Shown: positions 30,761-41,086, numbered from the stretch's first letter. The stretch: 64,000 nucleotides of DNA from Bacteroidota bacterium (GCA_034521425.1 JAXHMP010000001.1:2569737-2633736), one strand, 5' to 3'. Notes: generated by a model not told the origin, from the letters alone. Translations and numbers: made by a program.

Positions 30761-31909
30761 ATGAAAAAAATTGACCAGACCGAGTTGAACAAGTTCCTGC
30801 AGGAAGGCCGGATTCAGGATGCGGACCTTTCGGGAAGCAAGCTGAGTGATATGGATTTTTCTTCATGCACCCTCGATAATGTTATCTTCTCCACTCCTGA
30901 TAATAAAAGAATCCACCGCAACCTGAGTTTCAAAGGCAGTAAACTGATCAATGTGCGTTTTGACAATGCTACGCTGATCTCCTGTAATTTTGATGCCATA
31001 AAGAAGAGGGATGAGGATGAGGAAGATGAGATCACAGAAATAAAAAGGTGCAGTTTCAAAAATGCCAATTTACGTTCCTGCCGTTTTCGTGGTAGTTTGA
31101 TGGAATGGTCCGACTTCCGTTACGCAGAGATCCGGAATGGCACATTCGAAAGTTCCCGCATCAGTTTTTGTGATTTCTACCGGGCCTTTTTCCTGGGTGT
31201 AGTGATCTTCAGGAAATCACGCATCGACAAATGCAGCTTGCATTACACCCATTTCGATGATTCGGCCGGACTCAGAAGAGAAAACCTTGAAAAACTCAAA
31301 ATTCTCCAGGAATACAAGCAGGAGTACAGGAGTTTCCTTGAGGACTGGAAGACACTGGGCACAGGTACCCGCAGGAACGACCTGAACCAGGAATCAGCCT
31401 GGGAAATTGAAAAATCAGTGCGGAACCGCTTCGAAGATGCGGAAAATATCTATAAGTTCCTCAACGGTTTCTGGGCTTCCAGGGGCCTGCTCGGGAATGC
31501 CAACTGGGCCTATATCAAAGGAAAAAGAATGGAAAGAAGAAGCCTGTGGTCTCAGATCCGGTACAACAGCTTTTCGCTTCATTCCGTTAAATTTTTTATC
31601 CAGGCCGGATGGAATCTTTTCAAAGACCTCGCTTTTGGCTACGGGGAAAGTATCCGGCGAATGGTCATTTCCTATGTGCTGGTGGTGGTGGTTTTTGCCT
31701 GGATATTCTTCTCAACCCCCGGCACGGGCCTGATCGATTACTTGCAGGCCATTAAGGTGAGTCTCAAGAATATGGCAGCCATCAATTCGCATCAGTTGCA
31801 AGATGTTTCACCCTTTATCGATATGCTCAATGTTGTCCAAACCACCATGGGCATTTTGCTGACCGGTATCTTCGGCTTTATCCTCGGGAACAAAATAAGG
31901 AACCAGTAA
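30761..31909 (+). CDS. Pentapeptide-repeat protein fused to a C-terminal two-TM pore-like (ion-channel-type) domain
   Basis: 382 aa. The N-terminal half has runs of A(D/N)LxX-type pentapeptides (DADLSGSKLSDMDFSSCTLDNVIFS..., FKNANLRSCRFRGSLMEWSDFRYAEIRNGTFESSRISFCDF). The C-terminus has two hydrophobic helices flanking a short re-entrant-like segment (ISYVLVVVVFAWIFF...TTMGILLTGIFGFILG). Confidence 0.65.
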   Translation: MKKIDQTELNKFLQEGRIQDADLSGSKLSDMDFSSCTLDNVIFSTPDNKRIHRNLSFKGSKLINVRFDNATLISCNFDAIKKRDEDEEDEITEIKRCSFKNANLRSCRFRGSLMEWSDFRYAEIRNGTFESSRISFCDFYRAFFLGVVIFRKSRIDKCSLHYTHFDDSAGLRRENLEKLKILQEYKQEYRSFLEDWKTLGTGTRRNDLNQESAWEIEKSVRNRFEDAENIYKFLNGFWASRGLLGNANWAYIKGKRMERRSLWSQIRYNSFSLHSVKFFIQAGWNLFKDLAFGYGESIRRMVISYVLVVVVFAWIFFSTPGTGLIDYLQAIKVSLKNMAAINSHQLQDVSPFIDMLNVVQTTMGILLTGIFGFILGNKIRNQ

Positions 31910-32050
31910 TGCCGCTTAAACTATTTTATGAAAAATGCAGGTAAGGTTAAATATCTGTTAAATACCTTGCGCTAATCTTGTTTTGTTGTAATTTTCCACC
32001 CGGTTTTTGCCCCGGAGGCAACCCGCATTATTCATTTATATTTAAATCAT

Positions 32051-32653
32051 ATGAAAAAAATTCTCATCGCATTGATATCACTATTTTTCGTTTGTGCTTC
32101 ATTCAATTTACAAGCACAGGAACATAAGAATGAGTTGTCGGTCTCTTACGGGCTGGCCACCATAAACGACTTCGGGAACATATTTGCAAATCTGTTTTCG
32201 GATGTAATCATCAGTGCATTCGGGCCCGATGCCGTTAATACGGATACAAAAACAAGCGGGGCTTTCCTGCTTACATACCAGTATTATTTTACGAATGTAA
32301 TTTCGGCCGGCCCGGTGATCGGATATGAAAAACTGACCGACGAGATCAGCGTGGACAAGTCGCCGGCCGGGAAGATCGAACACAATGCTTTTACCTTCGC
32401 AGCCGAAGGCCGTATCAATTATGTAAACAAAGCTTCCTTTGGCATGTACCTGGGGATCGGAGCCGGCTTAACAAGCATCAACTCCAAAACCACTTCCAGC
32501 AAAGCAGGAAGCCAGGATCCTGATTCTTCATCAGGCTTCACTTTTCATGTGACCGGCTTAGGGATCCGTGTGGGAGACCAGCTTGCTGCCAGTGCTGAAC
32601 TGGGATTCGGATACCGGGGTCTTTTGAACCTGGGTGTTTCATACAGGTTTTAG
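32051..32653 (+). CDS. Small outer-membrane beta-barrel protein (OmpW/OmpA-barrel-like)
   Basis: 200 aa with signal peptide ...NLQAQ, alternating beta-strand pattern and a terminal ...LGVSYRF with C-terminal Phe. Confidence 0.6.
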   Translation: MKKILIALISLFFVCASFNLQAQEHKNELSVSYGLATINDFGNIFANLFSDVIISAFGPDAVNTDTKTSGAFLLTYQYYFTNVISAGPVIGYEKLTDEISVDKSPAGKIEHNAFTFAAEGRINYVNKASFGMYLGIGAGLTSINSKTTSSKAGSQDPDSSSGFTFHVTGLGIRVGDQLAASAELGFGYRGLLNLGVSYRF

Positions 32654-32675
32654 CAACGGAATGACCTGGCTATAT

Positions 32676-33155
32676 TTATGATTTGATCTCATGGTACAGG
32701 CCTTCACTTGCATCTTCCAGCAGGTCGAGCACGATCTCAAAACCTTCGGAACCTCCGAAATAAGGATCAGGAACATAATCATAATCATAGCCTTTTGAAA
32801 AATCGGTCATCCTCACGATCTTTTTCTCATCTTCAGGATCCCGGGCCATTTTATTCAGATCGTAAAAATTGTTGTCATCCATGGCCACAATGAGGTCAAA
32901 ATTGTCGAAATCGCTTTCCGGGTCAAACTGGCGTGAAATACTGCTCAGGTGATACCCCCTCTTTTTGGCGTGTTTTTGCATTCGCTGATCAGCGGGCTCC
33001 CCGGCATGATAGGCTGAGGTCCCGGCAGAATCAATAACAAAGTCGCCTGAACTGTTTTGCTTCTCAACATAAGCCCTGAAAACAGCTTCAGCACTTGGTG
33101 ACCTGCAAATATTTCCGAGACATACGAATAAAATTCTCATTTTTTTCATAAACAA
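32676..33155 (-). CDS. Low-molecular-weight protein-tyrosine phosphatase
   Basis: The CX5R(S/T) P-loop is present: ILFVCLGNICRSPSAEAVF. A downstream DPYFG-type Asp loop (VPDPYFGG) is also present. Confidence 0.9.
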   Translation of the reverse strand: MFMKKMRILFVCLGNICRSPSAEAVFRAYVEKQNSSGDFVIDSAGTSAYHAGEPADQRMQKHAKKRGYHLSSISRQFDPESDFDNFDLIVAMDDNNFYDLNKMARDPEDEKKIVRMTDFSKGYDYDYVPDPYFGGSEGFEIVLDLLEDASEGLYHEIKS

Positions 33156-33235
33156 ATTAATTTCTATTTGTGCAAAAATACAACAAGCAAATTATCCGTA
33201 TATTTACATTCTTCAATTTAAAGGAACGTTCAAAG

Positions 33236-33637
33236 ATGGAAGGAAACCAATTTAACAATCACGTTCAAAGGGATTGGACTGGCAAAAAAATACTTGTTGT
33301 AGAAGACATTGACACCAGCAACATGTATTTCAAAGCTGCCCTGGGAAAGACCAGTGCAGAAATCCTCTGGGCCTCCAACGGAAGAGAAGCTGTTGATATC
33401 ACAAGCAAGACAGAGGGCATCGACCTGGTGCTCATGGACATTCACATGCCGGAAATGAATGGGTTTGAAGCCACCCGGGAAATATTAAACCTGAAAAAGG
33501 GTATTAAAATAATCATTCAAACAGCTTACGTGCTTTCAGGCGAACGCGAAAAGAGCCTGAAAATGGGTTGCGTTGACTTCATCACCAAACCCATCAATTA
33601 TAAGAAGCTGATACAAACCATTGAAAAACATATTTAA
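33236..33637 (+). CDS. Single-domain response regulator (REC only)
   Basis: The likely start is ATG 33236. KKILVVEDIDTS...DLVLMDIHMPEMNGFE...ITKP is a canonical receiver domain. Confidence 0.85.
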   Translation: MEGNQFNNHVQRDWTGKKILVVEDIDTSNMYFKAALGKTSAEILWASNGREAVDITSKTEGIDLVLMDIHMPEMNGFEATREILNLKKGIKIIIQTAYVLSGEREKSLKMGCVDFITKPINYKKLIQTIEKHI

Positions 33638-33653
33638 GGAAAACCGGAACAAG

Positions 33654-36527
33654 ATGACAGGAAGAAAGTTCAAGCTCAGATTGCGGACCAGGCTACTGAT
33701 TTATATCCTGAGCGCCACAACCGTTGTTTATGTTGGCGCTTTGATTTATATCGTGTGGCAAACCGAAAAAGCACTTGTGGAGGAATCTACAAGCTTTGTC
33801 AGTGCTGCCACACAGAAAAATGCCAACCTGGTTAAAGATGAGCTCGATATCGATATTACCATTTGCCGGAGCATTGCATCGGTTTATCAAGGTTACAAAA
33901 AAATTTCCCGAAAACAGCGTGTGGAAATCTATAATGAGATCCTGAAAAATGTCCTGAACAATAACGATCATTATGTTTCCTTCTGGGTAAGCTGGGAACT
34001 CAATGCGATTGATCCGGAATATACCCGGGAACACGGGCGCGAAAGGTATACCTATTACCGGCAGGATGGCGAAATGATCTACCAGGAAGAGGTGCTCGAA
34101 ACCGATGTGGAAGAGGTAAGCGGAGTATACTATGATATCAAGGCAAATCCCCGGGAAACCATTACCGAACCCTATTTTTATTCTTACACCGGCAAACCCG
34201 GCGATCAGATCCTGGAAGCCAGCGTTGCAGTGCCCATTATGGATGATGGTGAATTCGTCGGACTGGTGGGAGCCGATATAGAACTGGAACGATTTCATGC
34301 ACTGATCAAGCAGATCAGGCCTTTTAAAAATGCTTATGCTGTGCTGGTTTCAAACCAGGGGAACATTGTGTCCCATCCCAATCCCGAATTGATCAACACC
34401 CCTGTTGCAGCATCCGAACTGGGCAGTGAATATAATGAGAAGATTGCAGCAAACATCAGCACCGGCAAAAGTTTCTTTTACGAAGCAACTTTTAAAAATG
34501 GCAAGACTTACTTTGTTTCCTTTGCCCCCTTTGAAGTCGGAAATACCGGTACTCCCTGGTTTGTGGGTATTCTCGTCCCCAAAGATGTTATCCTGGCCAA
34601 AGCCCAGCAGTTGACCTGGGTTTCTGTTATTGTTGGCCTGGTGGGATTGCTGCTGATCGCCCTGATCACCCGCTTCATTGCCAACCGCATTACCATGCCC
34701 CTGCAGGATACAACCAAAATTCTGAATTCACTCTCCAGGGGTGTGATTGATGAGGAAACCAGGATCCGTCTCTCAGGAAGGGACGAAATATCCGAAATGG
34801 CCCAGGCCCTGAACAAAGTAATGCTTGCCCTCAAAAATGCTGCAAGTTTCGCTAGCGAGATCGGGAAAGGAAACCTCCACATTGAATTTAATCCCCTGGG
34901 GGATAAAGACATGCTGGGGAATGCCCTGCTCAAAATGCGCAAAAACCTGGTGGAACTCCGCAGCATCAACGAAAAGAACAGCTGGATGCAGGAATCCATC
35001 CTGAAAGTTAGTGAAACACTCCAGGGGGAAAAGACCGCCTCCGAACTGGCGGACGAATCCCTGAGCGTGCTTTCCGGGATACTGAACTTCAACATCGCTT
35101 CCCTCTTTCTTGAAGAGGAAGGAATATACAAACTTATAGGATCCTATGCTTACAATGTCAGAAAATCCAATTCCAATGAATTCAGGGCAGGGAAGGGATT
35201 GATCGGCCAGGCCGTCCTGGAAAAGAAAAGACTTATTTTCACGGATGTCCCGGATGATTATATCAGCATCAAATCGGGGCTGGGAGAAACCACACCCTCC
35301 AATATCCTGGTGGTGCCCCTTATCTTTCAAAAACAAGTGGTAGCCGTACTGGAAATGGGCAGCGTAAAAGCTTTTACCAAAGAACAGCTTGAATTGCTGG
35401 CACAGGTTTCCGAAAATCTGGCTATTGCCTTTAACTCCATCAAAGTCAGGGATGAAATGAAAGTCCTGCTGATCAAAACACAGGAGCAGGCCGAAGAACT
35501 CAGGGTACAGCAGGAAGAGCTGAGAGAGGCCAATGAAGAACTGGAAACACAGACCAAGGCCCTGAAAACCTCTGAAGAGGAATTACAGGAGCAACAGGAA
35601 GAGTTGAGGGTTACCAACGAGGAACTGGAAGAAAAGACAAAATCCCTCGAACAGCAAAAATCGGAGATCAGCGAAAAGAACCTGCAGCTGGAAAATACCA
35701 GGAAAGACCTGGAAAGGAAAGCCGAGGAACTGGCTGTTGCCAGCAAATACAAATCGGAATTCCTGGCCAATATGTCGCACGAGCTGCGCACTCCCCTGAA
35801 CAGCCTGCTGATCCTGTCGCAAAGCCTGGCCGATAATAAAGAAGGTAATCTGAACGAAGACCAGGTCGAATCTGCAGAGATCATCCAGAAAAGCGGTACA
35901 GACCTGTTGAATATGATCAACGATATCCTTGACCTTTCAAAGATCGAATCGGGTAAAATGCTGATCAATTTCGAATCGGTTGAACTGGAGAATGTTTCGG
36001 GCAACATTTTCCAGTATTTCAAACATCTTACCGGCCAAAAGGGGATCGACTTCTCAATCGATATTGCAGACGATCTGCCCCGGAATATTACCACCGATCA
36101 GCAAAAACTGGAACAGATCATCAAGAATTTCGTTTCCAATGCCATCAAGTTTACCAGCGAGGGCAGCGTAAAGATACTTTTTGAAAACCCCGCCGCTGAT
36201 GTTGACCTGCAGAGAAGTAAGCTGGATCCCGGAAAGGCCATTGCCATTTCGGTAAAAGATACCGGCATTGGGATACCGAAAGATAAGCAACTGGAGATTT
36301 TTGAAGCTTTCCAGCAGGTGGATGGAAGCACCTCGCGCCTTTATGGTGGCACAGGCCTGGGACTCTCCATCTCCAGGGAGCTGGCCAGGATCCTGGGTGG
36401 AGAAATCCAACTGGAAAGTGAACTGGATAAAGGTTCCACCTTTACCCTCTATCTGCCTCTTGAAAACAAAGTTGAGAATGCCCCGGGAAGGAGAAACAGA
36501 AAACTATACCCAAAAATGAATCCGTAA
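33654..36527 (+). CDS. Sensor histidine kinase: TM - Cache-like periplasmic domain - TM - HAMP - GAF - coiled coil - HisKA - HATPase
   Basis: Start ATG 33654. There are two TM segments around a ~290-aa extracytoplasmic domain and a HAMP (RITMPLQDTTKILNSLSRG...). A GAF-like segment is followed by the QQEELREANEELE/QQEELRVTNEELE coiled coil. The H-box is FLANMSHELRTPLN, and N/G boxes are present (NAIKFT, DTGIGIP, GGTGLGLSI). Confidence 0.9.
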   Translation: MTGRKFKLRLRTRLLIYILSATTVVYVGALIYIVWQTEKALVEESTSFVSAATQKNANLVKDELDIDITICRSIASVYQGYKKISRKQRVEIYNEILKNVLNNNDHYVSFWVSWELNAIDPEYTREHGRERYTYYRQDGEMIYQEEVLETDVEEVSGVYYDIKANPRETITEPYFYSYTGKPGDQILEASVAVPIMDDGEFVGLVGADIELERFHALIKQIRPFKNAYAVLVSNQGNIVSHPNPELINTPVAASELGSEYNEKIAANISTGKSFFYEATFKNGKTYFVSFAPFEVGNTGTPWFVGILVPKDVILAKAQQLTWVSVIVGLVGLLLIALITRFIANRITMPLQDTTKILNSLSRGVIDEETRIRLSGRDEISEMAQALNKVMLALKNAASFASEIGKGNLHIEFNPLGDKDMLGNALLKMRKNLVELRSINEKNSWMQESILKVSETLQGEKTASELADESLSVLSGILNFNIASLFLEEEGIYKLIGSYAYNVRKSNSNEFRAGKGLIGQAVLEKKRLIFTDVPDDYISIKSGLGETTPSNILVVPLIFQKQVVAVLEMGSVKAFTKEQLELLAQVSENLAIAFNSIKVRDEMKVLLIKTQEQAEELRVQQEELREANEELETQTKALKTSEEELQEQQEELRVTNEELEEKTKSLEQQKSEISEKNLQLENTRKDLERKAEELAVASKYKSEFLANMSHELRTPLNSLLILSQSLADNKEGNLNEDQVESAEIIQKSGTDLLNMINDILDLSKIESGKMLINFESVELENVSGNIFQYFKHLTGQKGIDFSIDIADDLPRNITTDQQKLEQIIKNFVSNAIKFTSEGSVKILFENPAADVDLQRSKLDPGKAIAISVKDTGIGIPKDKQLEIFEAFQQVDGSTSRLYGGTGLGLSISRELARILGGEIQLESELDKGSTFTLYLPLENKVENAPGRRNRKLYPKMNP

Positions 36528-36556
36528 AAAATGTAACCAAAGCTGGTTTAAAGGTA

Positions 36557-37807
36557 ATGCCCGATAAGGATAGCGGGAATGAGGCAAAAAGCGAAAAACC
36601 CTTTATTAAAGACGACCGGGAGCAGATAAAGGGAACTGATGAAGTCATCCTGATCATTGAGGATGATCCTGCTTTTGCCAGGATCCTTGCTAAACAATGC
36701 CACGACAAAGGCTTTAAATGCCTGGCCACCCCGAGCGGGGAAGAAGGCTTCGAAATGGCCAAAAAGCATAAGCCACATGCTCTGATCCTTGATATCAAAC
36801 TGCCGGGTATCAGCGGCTGGCAGGTTCTCGACCTGCTGAAAAATGAACCGGCAACCAGGCACATCCCCGTGCACATCATGTCGGGAGAAGAAGAAAACCT
36901 GGATGCCTATAAAAAAGGCGCCATCGGTTATCTTACCAAACCTATCAAACAGGATGACCTCAACAATGCCTTCAGCAAACTTCAGGATTTCATCAAACGG
37001 AAAATGAGCAGCCTGCTAGTGGTGGAGGATGATGTAAACCTGCGGAAATCCATTAAAAAGCTGATCGGGCAGGATGATGTCAGGATCACAGATGCCAGCA
37101 ATGGTGAAGATGCCCTAAATTTGATCAAAGAAAATAAATTTGATTGCGTGGTTTTGGATCTCGGCCTGCCGGATATGTCGGGTTTTGAACTCATCAAAAA
37201 ACTGGATAAGGAAATCAGCGAAAAACCCCCGGTCATCATCTATACAGGAAAAGACCTCACCAGGGAAGAAAATGAGGAACTTCAGAAATATGCTGAAACG
37301 GTGATTATAAAAGGAGTTAAGTCGGATGAACGACTGGTGGATGAAACAGCCCTCTTCCTGCACCGTGTGGTGGAAAACATGCCCGAGAAACAACAGGAGA
37401 TGATCGAGAAGCTCCACAAATCGGAAGACATCTTCAAAGACAAAAAAGTGATGCTGGTGGATGATGATATGCGCAATGTTTTTGCCCTCACAAAAGTTTT
37501 GAATGAAAAAGGCATTCGTGTGATCAGGGCGGAAAACGGAAAAGCAGCCCTTGATTTGCTTGAGAAAGAAAAGGAAATCGACCTCATCCTGATGGATATC
37601 ATGATGCCTGTAATGGATGGTTATGAGGCCATAAAGAACATCCGCAAGATCAGGCAGCTCGATAAGGTGCCCATTATCGCACTCACAGCAAAGGCTATGA
37701 AAGAGGATCGGGAAAAATGCATCAATGCGGGTGCCAATGATTATATGACCAAGCCCATCAAGGTGGACAAACTGCTTTCGCTGATGCGTGTATGGTTATA
37801 CAAATAA
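36557..37807 (+). CDS. Protein made of three tandem receiver (REC) domains
   Basis: 416 aa. REC1 is VILIIEDD...LILDIKLPGISG...LTKP. REC2 is SLLVVEDD...VVLDLGLPDMSG...IIKG. REC3 is KVMLVDDD...ILMDIMMPVMDG...MTKP. No output domain is present. Confidence 0.85.
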   Translation: MPDKDSGNEAKSEKPFIKDDREQIKGTDEVILIIEDDPAFARILAKQCHDKGFKCLATPSGEEGFEMAKKHKPHALILDIKLPGISGWQVLDLLKNEPATRHIPVHIMSGEEENLDAYKKGAIGYLTKPIKQDDLNNAFSKLQDFIKRKMSSLLVVEDDVNLRKSIKKLIGQDDVRITDASNGEDALNLIKENKFDCVVLDLGLPDMSGFELIKKLDKEISEKPPVIIYTGKDLTREENEELQKYAETVIIKGVKSDERLVDETALFLHRVVENMPEKQQEMIEKLHKSEDIFKDKKVMLVDDDMRNVFALTKVLNEKGIRVIRAENGKAALDLLEKEKEIDLILMDIMMPVMDGYEAIKNIRKIRQLDKVPIIALTAKAMKEDREKCINAGANDYMTKPIKVDKLLSLMRVWLYK

Positions 37808-37810
37808 GAT

Positions 37811-39391
37811 ATGATGGACGATAAGCCAAAAATACTCATTGTTGATGATAAAAAGGAGAACCTGATTGCCCTCGAACTCCTCCTGAAGGATTTCGATGTG
37901 GGGTTTATCCGGGCACTTTCGGGCAATGAAGCACTGGCAATGACTCTGAAACATGAGTTTGCCCTGGGCATCATCGATATACAGATGCCGGGTATGGATG
38001 GCTATGAGACCGTTGAACTGATCCACAGTGACCCCGAGATCTCCTATTTCCCGGTGATCTTTGTTTCCGCAATCCACAAGGATGAATATAACATTATCAA
38101 AGGCATCGAGACAGGCGCCGTTGATTTTATCTCCAAGCCGATCGTCCCGCCCATCCTCAAAGGAAAAGTAAAAGTCTTTTTGGATCTTTATGAACAGCGA
38201 AAACTGCTGCAAAATTCCAACGAAGAACTCAAACATGCCAAGGAAGAAGCCGAGCGCAACAGTTTCCTGAAGTCCCTCTTCCTGGCCACCATGTCGCATG
38301 AGATCAGAACCCCCATGAACGGGATCATCGGTGTAATCGACCTGATCCGGCGTTCGGAGCTGACTGAGGACCAGCTCGAACTGATCAATATCATTGACAT
38401 ATCCGGAAACAATCTGTTATCCATTATCAACGACATTCTGGATTTTTCAAAGATCGAGGCCGGGCAGGTTCAGCTCGAAAAAGCCAAATTTAATATTTAC
38501 CGAATCATCGATGAGACCGTCAAATTACTCAAGATCAAAGCGGATGAACGTGAAAACAAGCTGATAACGGAAATTGATCCATCCGTTCCCAAATTCGTGA
38601 TGGGGGATGCCCTGCGCCTGAAACAGATCATCATCAACCTTACCAACAACGCCCTTAAATTTACCAAAAGAGGGGAAGTGAAGATCAAAGCATACCTGGT
38701 ATCGGAATTTGAGAACAAGCAAAAACTTAAATTCGAAGTCATTGATGATGGGATCGGAATTTCGGAGGAAGGCAAAAAGAAACTTTTCAAATCCTTTAGC
38801 CAGGTAGCCGAATCTACCCAGCGCCAGTACGGTGGTACCGGTCTCGGCTTGGTCATTTCCAAGAACCTCACCGAACTGATGGATGGAGAGATCGGTGTGG
38901 AAAGTGTTGAAGGCGACGGCTCTACCTTCTGGTTCACCTCCGTGTTTGAAAAATCGGACGATGAGGAAACAGCAAGCAGCGCAGAAACAACCGAAGCTGA
39001 AAAAGACAGGGACAAACAAGACCAGAAACTTTCCATCCTCCTGGTGGAAGATAATAAAATTAACCAGAAAGTCGCCCTGGCCTCCCTCAAACCATACAAA
39101 CACCAGGTGGATGTTGCCGATAACGGGAAAGTGGCTTTGGATAAGTTCAGGGAACATGTTTATGACCTCATAATCATGGATCTGCAAATGCCGGTGATGG
39201 ACGGATATACTGCCACTAAAGAGATCAGAAAGATCGAAGAGGAAATTGGCAGATCAAAAACCAGGATCGTTGCCCTAACTGCCAATGCCATGGCCGAGGA
39301 ACGGGAAAAATGCATGAATATCGGCATGGATGATTTCATCACAAAACCTTTCAAATCGCAGGACCTGGAACGCGTATTGATGGGGTTCTAA
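37811..39391 (+). CDS. Hybrid histidine kinase REC-HisKA-HATPase-REC (no sensor domain)
   Basis: 526 aa with an N-terminal REC (ILIVDDK...GIIDIQMPGMDG), H-box (FLATMSHEIRTPMN), ATPase boxes (NALKFT, DDGIGIS, GGTGLGLVI) and a C-terminal REC (ILLVEDN...IIMDLQMPVMDG...ITKP). Confidence 0.9.
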   Translation: MMDDKPKILIVDDKKENLIALELLLKDFDVGFIRALSGNEALAMTLKHEFALGIIDIQMPGMDGYETVELIHSDPEISYFPVIFVSAIHKDEYNIIKGIETGAVDFISKPIVPPILKGKVKVFLDLYEQRKLLQNSNEELKHAKEEAERNSFLKSLFLATMSHEIRTPMNGIIGVIDLIRRSELTEDQLELINIIDISGNNLLSIINDILDFSKIEAGQVQLEKAKFNIYRIIDETVKLLKIKADERENKLITEIDPSVPKFVMGDALRLKQIIINLTNNALKFTKRGEVKIKAYLVSEFENKQKLKFEVIDDGIGISEEGKKKLFKSFSQVAESTQRQYGGTGLGLVISKNLTELMDGEIGVESVEGDGSTFWFTSVFEKSDDEETASSAETTEAEKDRDKQDQKLSILLVEDNKINQKVALASLKPYKHQVDVADNGKVALDKFREHVYDLIIMDLQMPVMDGYTATKEIRKIEEEIGRSKTRIVALTANAMAEEREKCMNIGMDDFITKPFKSQDLERVLMGF

Positions 39392-39420
39392 ATAGCAATA
39401 GGATACGGCCATAGCCACAA

Positions 39421-39453
39421 CAACACCGGAGGTGTTGGTTTATGTTGTTTTTG
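39421..39453 (+). terminator. Possible terminator of the phosphorelay operon
   Basis: CAACACC (39421-27) pairs with GGTGTTG (39431-37) across a short loop, followed by a T-rich tail GTTTATGTTGTTTTTG. The loop is very tight, so confidence is modest. Confidence 0.35.
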
Positions 39454-39720
39454 TCAATCCATTTATATTATGCTGAAAAAACAGGATAATTATCAATCTG
39501 CTCCGCAGTTTCAGGAAAACCAAGTTCATTCTTGATTGCTGCATTATTTGAGTACATTAAACCATTTTAGGAATAATGCAGGCTAATTTATTTTCCCCGT
39601 TTCCGAAATTTTTATTATTTTTATCAAATCTAAATAAGAATTGTCCAACGGATAATTTCTTCTTAAAGGGAAAAACTCCCATGCTTCACCAATAAAATAA
39701 TACAAAAAATTTGATGTCTT

Positions 39721-41013
39721 ATGAAAATGATCACATACAACACCAAGAATTTTCGCCAGATCGAATATCTCAAATTCCTTCCTGAAGAAACCAGGAAAGA
39801 GATTGAACTTGTTTCGAGGGTGCTGCCTTTTAAAACCAATAATTATGTTACCGATTACCTGATCGACTGGGAAAATTACGCCACCGACCCGGTTTTCATT
39901 CTCAATTTTCCCAATCGCGATATGTTGCGCGAGGAGGATTTTCAGCGTGTGAAACATGCCTGGGAAAGCAGGGTGCCGGAAAAGGAATTCCAGCGAATCG
40001 TGAACAAGGTCAGGTTGTCGCTTAACCCCCACCCTGCCAACCAGCAAAGCAATGTACCCAAACTGGATGGAAAGCCCCTGAACGGCGTACAGCATAAATA
40101 CCGCGACATCGTATTGTTCTTCCCCAGCCAGGGACAAACCTGCCATGCCCATTGCACTTTCTGTTTCCGCTGGCCGCAATTTGTAAAAGACCTCGACCTT
40201 CAATTCTCCATGAGGGAGATTGATCAGGTGACCGAATACATCAGGCGGAACGAACATGTACACGAGATCCTGTTTACGGGAGGCGATCCCATGATCATGA
40301 GCCCGGCTACCATCAAAAAATACATCGATCATATCTTCGAAGCAAAGCTGGATAATCTGGATACCATCCGTTTCGGAACAAAATCATTGACTTACTGGCC
40401 ATTTGCCTTTTTACCTGATTTTTCGGACGAGGCAGAAGATATGCTCACACTTTTCAAAAGAATTGTGGACGGTGGCAAGCACCTTTCCTTCATGGCCCAT
40501 TTCAACCATCCCCAGGAAGTGGACAATGCTGCCGTACAAGAAGCCATTTACAATATCCGGCAGACCGGGGCGGAGATCCGCACACAGGCACCGGTGCTGA
40601 AAAATATCAACAATGACAGCAAGATTTGGCGCGACATGTGGACCCAACAGGTGCACCTGGGTATGATCCCCTATTATATGTTCATCGAAAGGGAAACCGG
40701 CCCATACTATTACTTCAGTGTACCACTGTCAGAGATTTATGCGATGTACCAGGAAGCCATTAAATATTCGGGCAGCCTTGGGAAAACGGTCACGGCCCCG
40801 GTTATGTCAGCCTCCCAGGGCAAAGTACAGATCATGGCGGTGGTGGACAATCCCGCCGACGGCAAGAAATATTTCATGATGCAGTACGTGCGCAACCGCG
40901 ATGTGGAAAACACATACAAGCCATTCTTTATGGAATATGATGAAAATGCCACCTGGTTCGACCAGTTGAAAAAAGCAGAGATGAATCCGGTGATGGCGAA
41001 TGTGGCCGGTTAA
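39721..41013 (+). CDS. KamA family (lysine 2,3-aminomutase-like) radical SAM protein
   Basis: 430 aa. The CxxxCxxC cluster CHAHCTFCFRW follows QHKYRDIVLFFPSQG. EILFTGGDPM and the overall layout are as in KamA/EpmB relatives. Confidence 0.8.
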   Translation: MKMITYNTKNFRQIEYLKFLPEETRKEIELVSRVLPFKTNNYVTDYLIDWENYATDPVFILNFPNRDMLREEDFQRVKHAWESRVPEKEFQRIVNKVRLSLNPHPANQQSNVPKLDGKPLNGVQHKYRDIVLFFPSQGQTCHAHCTFCFRWPQFVKDLDLQFSMREIDQVTEYIRRNEHVHEILFTGGDPMIMSPATIKKYIDHIFEAKLDNLDTIRFGTKSLTYWPFAFLPDFSDEAEDMLTLFKRIVDGGKHLSFMAHFNHPQEVDNAAVQEAIYNIRQTGAEIRTQAPVLKNINNDSKIWRDMWTQQVHLGMIPYYMFIERETGPYYYFSVPLSEIYAMYQEAIKYSGSLGKTVTAPVMSASQGKVQIMAVVDNPADGKKYFMMQYVRNRDVENTYKPFFMEYDENATWFDQLKKAEMNPVMANVAG

Positions 41014-41086
41014 ACTTATGTGTACTTAATTGGATGATTGTGCTATGAAGCAATGTATGGATTAAGAAGAAGTACAGGTGTCAAAT

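Noticed and set aside
36518-36557. Possibility that the histidine kinase (ending 36527) and the triple-REC protein (starting 36557) are one frameshifted hybrid kinase.
   Set aside because: The REC reading frame has its own in-frame stop at 36518-36520 upstream of ATG 36557, and the kinase ends after a complete HATPase domain. A fusion cannot be fully excluded, given the indel-prone assembly.
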